Assembly: GCA_050012135.1 (NCBI GenBank)
Contig: JBEKHT010000001.1
Location: 83,095 to 147,094, forward strand
Source: Anaerolineales bacterium
GTDB lineage: Bacteria > Chloroflexota > Anaerolineae > Anaerolineales > RBG-16-64-43
DNA: 64,000 bases
Direction of reading: 5' to 3'
In this document: piece by piece, positions 9,897 to 17,432 of the stretch
Layout of the letters: the number at the start of each line of letters is the position of its first letter
Numbering within the stretch: position 1 is the stretch's first letter
The notes under the pieces: generated by a model
Database searches by the model: none
Seen by the model: the letters and a program-made list of their open reading frames with translations, nothing else
What the model was told of the DNA's origin: nothing
Made by a program: the position numbers and the translations under genes

Positions 9897-9921
9897 AAAA
9901 AAAGAGAGCCTTTCGGCTCTC
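9897..9921 (-). terminator. Intrinsic terminator or attenuator hairpin GAGAGCC-GAAA-GGCUCUC followed by U7
   Basis: Read on the minus strand. It lies 122 nt after the diguanylate cyclase stop and about 45 nt before the pyrC ATG. Confidence 0.75.
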
Positions 9922-10042
9922 ATGATTCCGAGACCCACCTGCACGCCCTGGAGGTTTTCCTCCCATTCCGCGGTTCTGCCTTCACGATCCTCCCCGCCTG
10001 CCTTTCGACTTCGCGTACATTGTATGCGCTTTCCTCGCCGCG

Positions 10043-12808
10043 TCAAGGGGCCTCTTCCTGTGGCAAGGAAGGAGGACGGCGATCGACCTCAGCGGCTGTT
10101 TCGATCTGATTCCGGCCCCGCTCCTTGGCCCGGTAGAGAGCTCGATCGGCCACATCGACCAAGGAGAAAGCGTCGCCGGCATCGATGCCCAGACTGGCAA
10201 TTCCTTGGCTCACGGTAGGGGAGGGCATTTGGCGGCCCAGCGAATCGATCGGACGAAGCTGAGCCAGGGTGTGCTGGATGCGCTCGGCGACCATGTGAGC
10301 TTGTTCGCTGGTTGCATTGGGGAGGGCCATCGCAAATTCCTCGCCTCCCCAGCGCCCCAAGAGGTCGCCGTGCTTGATGTGGCGGCGGATCGCATCCACG
10401 GTGCTCAGCAGGGCGGCGTCGCCGGCCACATGGCCGAAGTGATCGTTGTAGTCCTTGAAATAGTCGATGTCGAGCATGATCAGGCTGAGCGGCGAGCTCT
10501 GGTCCCGCGCGTGGGCCACGGCCTTTTCGAGTTCGGCGACAAAGGCTCCATGGCTCAGCACTTGCGTCAAACTGTCGCGCCGAGCTTGTTCGCGCACCGC
10601 CTCGTGCTGTCGGGCGTTCAGGATGGCTGCCGCCAGCTGCTCGACCACGATCTGCAGCACGAATTGATCGTCTTCGGAGAAGGCATAGGGGCGAGTCGCC
10701 TGCAGGTCCAGCATCCCCAAGAGAGTGCCGGCCGAGAGGATCGGCAAGGACATTTCCGACCGGATCGTCGGTAATGCGGGCACCTCCAGATAGTACGGAT
10801 CGGTTCGCACGTCCTGGGCGAGGTAAGGTCGGCAGCTGACCATGACATGGGAATTGATGCACTTCTCATCGATCCGGATGCGATCCTCCTGGTCCACTTG
10901 AGCCCGGCCCTGGGGACTGGAACCGCCCACGAATACCGCCGAACGTCCACCCTCCTCCACCGCCAGAATGTGCACATGCTCGTAACGCAATCGCGAGGCC
11001 AGCAATTCGCAGACCCGGTTATACAGGGAGGAGGGATCGAGGATGGAGCTAATTTCGGTGCCGACTTCGCTCACGGTCATGAGCAGAGACCGCTGTTGCT
11101 CCAGTGAGGAAAACGCCGTCGCGTTCTCGACCAGAGCCCCGAGCATCGCCATCAGGGTCTCGCCCATGGCGGCCTCGGCGGGAGAACCCCGATGGGGCAC
11201 CTCGAAGAAAAGGATCAAGACCCCCCGGAACTGGATTGAGATCTGCAGGCTGAAGGCCTGCAGGGCTTTGACAGAGTCGGGGAGGGGAAGCGCCCTCAGA
11301 TCGGGCCGATCGCGGTCGATGTCCTCCACGACCAGGCTGCCGGCCCGAGTGGCCAAGACTTTGAACTGGGGAGCCTCCACCAAGGCGCGCGCGTCCAGGG
11401 TAAGATCGGTCAGCCCATCTTGGGCGGCGAGGCGCAGGCGGGGTTGCTCGGCCAGCAGAATGACGGCCGCTCGGCATTGGAACAACTGCCGGGTCTCCTG
11501 GCACGCCCGCAGCAGAAGCGTGTCCAGGTTGCGTTCCGTGGTCAGCTGCGCCGAAAGCTGAGCCAGGCCCGACATCCGCTGGCTCTCCTCTTGGATGTGT
11601 TGATAAAGGCCCAATCGCTCCAAGGCCAGGGCGGCATAGTGAACCGAGGACTGCGCCAAGCGCAGCTCGGGTGCGGTGAACTCGCCGCGCAAAGATTCCA
11701 TCGCGGCCACTCCGATCACCTGGGATCCGACCTGAATCGGCAGGAGCAGACCTTGTTTCATCCCCAGGGCGGCCAGGATCGGATGCTGCGCTCCGGCCTG
11801 CTCGAGCACCTGGGGCTGCAGCTGACCCGCTTGCAGCTGGAACTCCGGAAGAGTGTCGGGAGTTGCTCCAAAAGAGGCAACCGGAACGAGAGCGCCATCT
11901 TCGAGGTCGATCGTCCAGACCACGCCTCGAGAGGCATTTACCGGCGGACCCCCGAGATGGTCGACGAGAATATGCGCGACCTCCTCCTTGGTTCGAGTGA
12001 GCAGCATGGAACCACTTAGCCCGAGCAGGGCCTCCAGGCCGGAAAGCATGATTTCACGGCTCTCCATCAGCGCGGTCATTTCGTTATGGCGATGGATGGG
12101 GACTTGCAGATGTCCCTGCGCGGAACGACCCTCCGCAAAGGCTTGATCCGCGTCGGTCAGCCTCTCCAGAGGTTTGAAGATCCGGCGATTGACCAGGTCA
12201 ATCTGTACCAGCGAAAGAAGGACCAGCAGCCCGATCATGACGCTCAAGCCGACCGAGATCGTGCGGCTCACCGCGGCGCTGATAGCGTTCTCGCTGAGCA
12301 GAAGGTGGAGAGTGTAGGGAGGATGGTCACCCGCCTGCGGAGGAAGGTCGAGGGTGCGGGCCATGTCGAAGGAAGAGCTGGCCCCCGTGCCCATGGCAAA
12401 CAACCCTTCGCGACAATCCGACGAAGTCCCGGCCAGACAGCCCGCCGTCGGGACCGGGCGCGTGGTTCCCGAGAACGCCTCCTGCCAGGTCCGTCTGACC
12501 AGCCCGGGCTCGGTGGCTGCGAGGATCGTCCCCTGATTGTCAGTGACCAGGGCCAGGGTACTCTGCACGCGAATTCCCTGGCGGAATTGACTCAGCAGGG
12601 ACGGCAACTGGGCCGGGTCACTGGAGTCCTCGAGCTGGGTAGCCAGCAAGAAGCTCACCTCGCCCATGTGATCCCCGAGGACTTCTTGGGACAAGCGGTT
12701 TGTTTGCTGCGTGATCGCCAGGACGCCAGACACGGTGGCCACAATCACCACCGCTACATTCATGCCAAAGAATTGCGTGCGCAAGCGGACGAACCAGGTG
12801 AGCCGCAT
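10043..12808 (-). CDS. Sensor diguanylate cyclase (TM, HAMP-like region, multiple GAF domains, GGDEF)
   Basis: The C-terminal GGDEF domain has an intact GGEEF motif (LLGRWGGEEFAMALP). The long central region is GAF-like and the N-terminus carries TM segments. Confidence 0.85.
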   Translation of the reverse strand: MRLTWFVRLRTQFFGMNVAVVIVATVSGVLAITQQTNRLSQEVLGDHMGEVSFLLATQLEDSSDPAQLPSLLSQFRQGIRVQSTLALVTDNQGTILAATEPGLVRRTWQEAFSGTTRPVPTAGCLAGTSSDCREGLFAMGTGASSSFDMARTLDLPPQAGDHPPYTLHLLLSENAISAAVSRTISVGLSVMIGLLVLLSLVQIDLVNRRIFKPLERLTDADQAFAEGRSAQGHLQVPIHRHNEMTALMESREIMLSGLEALLGLSGSMLLTRTKEEVAHILVDHLGGPPVNASRGVVWTIDLEDGALVPVASFGATPDTLPEFQLQAGQLQPQVLEQAGAQHPILAALGMKQGLLLPIQVGSQVIGVAAMESLRGEFTAPELRLAQSSVHYAALALERLGLYQHIQEESQRMSGLAQLSAQLTTERNLDTLLLRACQETRQLFQCRAAVILLAEQPRLRLAAQDGLTDLTLDARALVEAPQFKVLATRAGSLVVEDIDRDRPDLRALPLPDSVKALQAFSLQISIQFRGVLILFFEVPHRGSPAEAAMGETLMAMLGALVENATAFSSLEQQRSLLMTVSEVGTEISSILDPSSLYNRVCELLASRLRYEHVHILAVEEGGRSAVFVGGSSPQGRAQVDQEDRIRIDEKCINSHVMVSCRPYLAQDVRTDPYYLEVPALPTIRSEMSLPILSAGTLLGMLDLQATRPYAFSEDDQFVLQIVVEQLAAAILNARQHEAVREQARRDSLTQVLSHGAFVAELEKAVAHARDQSSPLSLIMLDIDYFKDYNDHFGHVAGDAALLSTVDAIRRHIKHGDLLGRWGGEEFAMALPNATSEQAHMVAERIQHTLAQLRPIDSLGRQMPSPTVSQGIASLGIDAGDAFSLVDVADRALYRAKERGRNQIETAAEVDRRPPSLPQEEAP

Positions 12809-13026
12809 GGGCGAATTTGAAGTGAGCGGATTGGGTTCGCTTACTTACTGGAAATTATAGCTTCGGTTTGGGCGAAGGGTCAGATTCGTTTCGCCAGCAC
12901 CCCTCTCGAGCGGACTGCCCCGATCGAGCGAGGGGGTCAAGACAGGAGGGCCGGCTTCTTAAGGAAGCCAGCTTCCCCACAGAAGAGGAACAAGTCAACT
13001 TGCGTCCTTGAAGCCCCACCTGGGGG

Positions 13027-13527
13027 TCAGGGCTTGCGCCAGAGATCCAGGATCCTGGGCATGGAGGGAAAGGCCAGTTCCGGAATCTCCTCGGGTCCAA
13101 AAAGGCCGGCAGCTTGAGCGTCGTCCCCTGGCGTTGGGTTCCCGTCCTGGGCGGTGCCGCGATACACAATGAGGATATCGGCACCCTCGTCCGGGGCATG
13201 TCGGGGAATGACATCCAAAAGATCCAAACCAGATACAGATAATCCGGTTTCTTCCTCAAACTCGCGCATCGCGGCTTGGCGCGGATCCTCTCCCGCCTCG
13301 ACGTACCCAGCCGGGACGGACCACTTGCCAAGTCCGGGGTTGACCCCTCGACGGATCAACAAGACTTGGCCGTTTCTCTGTGCCAGGACGGCCACTGCCA
13401 CCTTTGGGTCTTCGAAATGGATTCGACCACAGCTCGTGCAGATCGCCCGCTCCCGGCCAAATGCCGGACGGTATTCGACGGGAGCGCCACACGAACTGCA
13501 AAACCGAATGGGGGCTCGTGGGCTCAT
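13027..13527 (-). CDS. Nudix hydrolase with N-terminal zinc ribbon
   Basis: CSSCG...CTSCG zinc ribbon. Nudix box GYVEAGEDPRQAAMREFEEETGL. Confidence 0.85.
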   Translation of the reverse strand: MSPRAPIRFCSSCGAPVEYRPAFGRERAICTSCGRIHFEDPKVAVAVLAQRNGQVLLIRRGVNPGLGKWSVPAGYVEAGEDPRQAAMREFEEETGLSVSGLDLLDVIPRHAPDEGADILIVYRGTAQDGNPTPGDDAQAAGLFGPEEIPELAFPSMPRILDLWRKP

Positions 13528-14378
13528 ATCCCGGTCCGCCGAGAGAGGATGGCCGCGATTGCCAATCCAACTGCCGCGAGCGCCAGAATGATCTCGCCTG
13601 ATCGCAGGAGGGGGCGAGAGGCTGGGACGATCGAGGCCCAGGTTCGAGGCGAAGAAGGCAGCGGTTGCGCGGGGAGATTCGTTTGGCTTTTGGGGGCGGG
13701 GACCGCGACCGAGGGCTGGAGGTTCTCAGCCTCGGTCTGGGGGGCGGATGACTCAGGGCTGGGAGACGAGCCGACATGGGGAGGAGAAGGAGGAACACCC
13801 CCTCCCATGAGCTGCTCGGGGGTGGGCGGGGTTGCCGAGGGTGCTGCACCCCCGGCAGGCGTCAACTCGCTGCCGGGGGTGGGGTTGAAGAGGCGCTCGG
13901 CTGCGAGCGGTGAAGTTATCGGAAGCGGGGCCGCTGGACTGGCCAGCGAGGATTGCTGCGCCTGCATCACCGAGGGAGCCTGCCCCGGTGTCTCATGGTC
14001 CGAGGCAACCGGCAGCGCGGCGGGAACGCTTCCCGCTGCCAGCCAGGAAGACGAGCCGAGGTCGAGGAAGAAAAGTAGTGCCAGCGCCATGGCGGCGACG
14101 GCGGAGCCCCAGGTGTAATACTTGGACCGCTGAGGCTGCCTCGGCCGCAGGGGGGCGAGCAGACCCTTTGTGATCCGGAAGTCTCGGGGCACCCCGATCG
14201 GGGGCAGGTCGCGCAGCCCTTCCCGGACCATGCGGATCTCCGCCACCGCCCGGCGGAGTTCAGGTTCTTGCCGGAGTCGGGAGAGAAAGTCGCGCCTTTC
14301 CTTGGGCGTCACGGTCCCGTCCAGGAAGGAGGAAATCAGCTCCAGATCACGTTGGGAAAAAGAGGCGGGAGGGGTCAT
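13524..14378 (-). CDS. Anti-sigma factor (membrane-spanning, Pro/Ser-rich extracytoplasmic part)
   Basis: N-terminal anti-sigma-like helix region (LISSFLDGTVTPKERRDFLSRLRQEPELRR) and TM segments. It has 4-nt overlaps with both the upstream sigma gene and the downstream Nudix gene. Confidence 0.7.
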   Translation of the reverse strand: MTPPASFSQRDLELISSFLDGTVTPKERRDFLSRLRQEPELRRAVAEIRMVREGLRDLPPIGVPRDFRITKGLLAPLRPRQPQRSKYYTWGSAVAAMALALLFFLDLGSSSWLAAGSVPAALPVASDHETPGQAPSVMQAQQSSLASPAAPLPITSPLAAERLFNPTPGSELTPAGGAAPSATPPTPEQLMGGGVPPSPPHVGSSPSPESSAPQTEAENLQPSVAVPAPKSQTNLPAQPLPSSPRTWASIVPASRPLLRSGEIILALAAVGLAIAAILSRRTGI

Positions 14379-15016
14379 GGGACGGACTCCTCCTCAAGAC
14401 GGAATTGCGATGGAAGAAGTTCCGCTTGGGACGACAGGCAGTCGCGCAGGTTGGCGCGCGCCCGGGCCAGCCGACTCTTGACCGTGCCCAGCGCGATCTT
14501 GAGGGACTCGGCAACTTCTGCGTAGTCCATCGCCTGCACATCGGCCAGGATGACGACGGCTCTCTGCTCGAGGCTCAGTTGAAGCAGGCAATCCTCCAGC
14601 GCACGACGGAGTTCGTGGCGTGAGGTTGCCTCTTCGGGGGTCTCTCCCGGGTCGGAAAGTACGGGTAGCCCATCGGGCTCGTTTCCCCCGTTCTCGGAAG
14701 GCGAGAGGTCGTCCAGGGAGAGTGTGGGTTTCCGCTTGCGGCGGCGCAATTCGTCGTAGCAAGCGTTTGTCACGATTCGGAAGAGAAAGGCGCGGAACGA
14801 ACCGCCACGGAAATCCTTCAAGTGGCGGTAGCAGGAGAGAAAGGCCTCTTGGGTCGCATCCGCAGCCGCCTCCGCCTCGCCCATCAGGCGGAAGGCGAGG
14901 CTGTACACCTGGCTCTGGTAGGCGGTAACCAACTGGTTGAAGGCTTCCAGGTCGCCGGCTTGAGATGCCGAGATCAGCTGTCTTTCTTTCGGGATGTCGT
15001 CGTGCCTGGCCATCAC
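14375..15016 (-). CDS. ECF-type RNA polymerase sigma-70 family factor
   Basis: Sigma region 2 (FNQLVTAYQSQVYSLAFRLMG...EAFLSCYRHLKDFRG) and region 4 (YAEVAESLKIALGTVKSRLARAR). Confidence 0.9.
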   Translation of the reverse strand: MMARHDDIPKERQLISASQAGDLEAFNQLVTAYQSQVYSLAFRLMGEAEAAADATQEAFLSCYRHLKDFRGGSFRAFLFRIVTNACYDELRRRKRKPTLSLDDLSPSENGGNEPDGLPVLSDPGETPEEATSRHELRRALEDCLLQLSLEQRAVVILADVQAMDYAEVAESLKIALGTVKSRLARARANLRDCLSSQAELLPSQFRLEEESVP

Positions 15017-15225
15017 TTCATGCGCGGATCGGACCCGACCTCCCCTGGTGATGAGTGCGCGTCCGACTCAGACCCCCTCTCCGGCCAAGCATAATGCACG
15101 CCCGCCAAATCTGCGAATCGCTTGGGCCGCAAGATCGGTTGCAGTACAATGGAGCAGGTGTTGGCGGTCTGGCTCGAACTGCTTGAAGTGGTTGCCGTTT
15201 CCTCGGCCGCCAGCCCATTCAGATC

Positions 15226-16089
15226 ATGGATGCTCGCCCCTCTCCAATCGCAGGGACTTGGTACCCAGGAAGCCCCGCCGCTCTCAAGGATTCCATCAAC
15301 CGATTCCTCTCCGGGGCGGTCTTGGATTTGCCCGCCGGGCGGATCAGGGGAGTGATCGCGCCCCATGCCGGACATCGTTACTCGGGGCAAGTAGCGGCCT
15401 ATGCCTTCAACTGTCTGCGAGGGCTTCAGCCGGACTTGGTTGCCGTCGTCTCTCCCATGCATCATCCCTATCAGGCCGCGCTGCTGACCACGGGCCACGA
15501 GGCCTATCGGACGCCTTTGGGGGATGTCCTCGTGGATCGGAAGGCCGTCGAGGCGCTTGGGGAGGGGGTGGCCAGGCGATTGGGCCTCGAACTCTCTCCA
15601 ATCCGCAACGACCCGGAGCACGCGCTGGAGATTGAGCTTCCTTTCTTGCAGTGCGTCCTGGGGTCGTTCCGTCTCCTGCCGGTGATGGTCCTGGACCAGG
15701 AGACGGAAACCGCCCGAGGGCTGGGCTTGGCATTGGCCGAGGTGTTGAAGGGTCGGGATGCGCTCCTGGTAGCCAGTTCGGATCTCTCCCATTACTTCCC
15801 TCAGGCCACCGCGGATGCGCTCGATGCGGAGATGCTGCACCGCATTGAGGCCTTCGATCCGGAGCGGGTGATGTCGGCGGAAGAGGAGAGAGTCGGATTC
15901 GCTTGCGGTCGAGCCGCGATCGCCGCCGTGCTGTGGGCGGCGCGGGCTCTAGGTGCCGACCGAGTCCGCGTGCTCAAGCACGCGACCTCCGGAGAAGTGA
16001 CGGGTGATTACGATGCGGTTGTGGGCTATGGCGCCGCCGTGATTTGGCATTCGCGCAGCGAAGCGGCGCCCGTCCCCTCCTCGCCATGA
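15226..16089 (+). CDS. MEMO1-family protein (AmmeMemoRadiSam system protein B)
   Basis: Contains AGTWYPG...GVIAPHAGHRYSG and SSDLSHY, with the typical 287-aa length. Confidence 0.85.
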   Translation: MDARPSPIAGTWYPGSPAALKDSINRFLSGAVLDLPAGRIRGVIAPHAGHRYSGQVAAYAFNCLRGLQPDLVAVVSPMHHPYQAALLTTGHEAYRTPLGDVLVDRKAVEALGEGVARRLGLELSPIRNDPEHALEIELPFLQCVLGSFRLLPVMVLDQETETARGLGLALAEVLKGRDALLVASSDLSHYFPQATADALDAEMLHRIEAFDPERVMSAEEERVGFACGRAAIAAVLWAARALGADRVRVLKHATSGEVTGDYDAVVGYGAAVIWHSRSEAAPVPSSP

Positions 16090-17432
16090 CGCTGGCCGGA
16101 TTTGATCCCCTCCAACTGATCACGCTTCTGATCCTGCTCGGCCTTAACTCCTTCTTTGTCGCAGCCGAGTACGCCTTGGTAGCGGCCCGCCCCACGCGTT
16201 TGGAGGAGCTGGCGCGCGGGGGGGACTTGGGAGCGCGCCAGGCCATCGAGCTCCTCCGGGACCGGGATCGCTTCATCGCCACCAGCCAGCTGGGGATCAC
16301 GATGGCCGGGCTCGGGCTGGGATGGGTGGGGGAACCGGCCCTTTCCGGCCTGATCCAGGACCTCTTGGGGTTCTCCCCGGGCTTGGGGCAGGGGAGCACC
16401 CTGGCCCATGTCCTGTCCTCCCTGTTAGCCTTCGCAATCGTCACATATGTGGCCGTGGTGGTGAGCGAGCTTGTCCCCAAGTCCCTGACGTTGGGAAATC
16501 CCGAGCGGATTGCGGCGTGGGTCTGTCGTCCCCTGATTTGGGCAGCTGCCTTGGCGCGCCCTCTGGTCTGGCTGCTGCAACAGTCGGCCCGCGGCCTGCT
16601 GGGCTGGGTCGGTGCGACTGCGGAAGTATCGCGGCGTCCCCCCTACAGCACGGATGAACTGAAGCTCCTGGTTGTGGCGGCGGAGCGAACCGGCGCGCTG
16701 GAAACCACGGAGCGCGAAATGCTGCACGCCGTTTTCGACTTCGGCGACCTGAGGGTGCGTGAGGTCATGGTTCCGCGGACCGAAATGGCCGCCCTCTCAG
16801 CCGAGAGCACTCTGGAGGAAATGATCCAACTCTCCAGCCGCCATCCCTACAGCAAGTTCCCGGTCTACGAGGGCGATCTGGACCACATCCTCGGCCTCGC
16901 CCATGTCAAGGATCTGGTCGCCGCGCGGCGCAGCCCTCCGTCGACGTCGGCCGTTCGCGGTCTTTTGCGGGAGACCTTCTTTGTACCCGAGAACATGCGC
17001 GTGCAAGATCTTCTCAGGGAATTCCGAGCGCGCCGGCAACACCTGGCGATCGTGCTCGACGAGTACGGCGGGACCGCGGGGCTCGTGACCCTGGAGGACC
17101 TTCTCGAGGAGATCGTCGGCGAAGTAGCCGATGTCTTCGACAAGCGAGCCCCGGACATCAAGCGTCTGCCCGAGGGAGGCGGGCTGATTGACGGGTTGGT
17201 TTCGATTGAAGATGTTAATGACTCCTTCGGCCTGCGGCTCGCCGACCCGAACTACGATACCATCGCCGGGTACATGCTCGGCCGGTTGGGCCGCGTGGCC
17301 AAAGTGGGGGACCAGGTTGACGTGGAGGGTTATCAATTGCGGGTGGAGGCGATGGACCACCTGCGCATAGCGAGCCTCTCCCTGAGCCCCCGAAATCCAA
17401 GACCGCTGCCCTCCCCGCCGGTGAGTTCATGA
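16086..17432 (+). CDS. CNNM/HlyC-CorC family protein (DUF21 TM domain, CBS pair, CorC_HlyC)
   Basis: The start is placed at ATG 16086, in an ATGA overlap with the upstream stop. It begins FFVAAEYALVA and contains DEYGGTAGLVTLEDLLEEIVGE. Confidence 0.85.
   Translation: MTLAGFDPLQLITLLILLGLNSFFVAAEYALVAARPTRLEELARGGDLGARQAIELLRDRDRFIATSQLGITMAGLGLGWVGEPALSGLIQDLLGFSPGLGQGSTLAHVLSSLLAFAIVTYVAVVVSELVPKSLTLGNPERIAAWVCRPLIWAAALARPLVWLLQQSARGLLGWVGATAEVSRRPPYSTDELKLLVVAAERTGALETTEREMLHAVFDFGDLRVREVMVPRTEMAALSAESTLEEMIQLSSRHPYSKFPVYEGDLDHILGLAHVKDLVAARRSPPSTSAVRGLLRETFFVPENMRVQDLLREFRARRQHLAIVLDEYGGTAGLVTLEDLLEEIVGEVADVFDKRAPDIKRLPEGGGLIDGLVSIEDVNDSFGLRLADPNYDTIAGYMLGRLGRVAKVGDQVDVEGYQLRVEAMDHLRIASLSLSPRNPRPLPSPPVSS

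Noticed and set aside
9931-10042. A PyrR binding loop in the pyrC upstream region.
   Set aside because: The best candidates (UCAUGAGAGCC, CCUCCAGGGCG) deviate at several conserved positions of UCCAGAGAGG. No pyrR gene is visible in the window. This needs a covariance-model test before it can be claimed.
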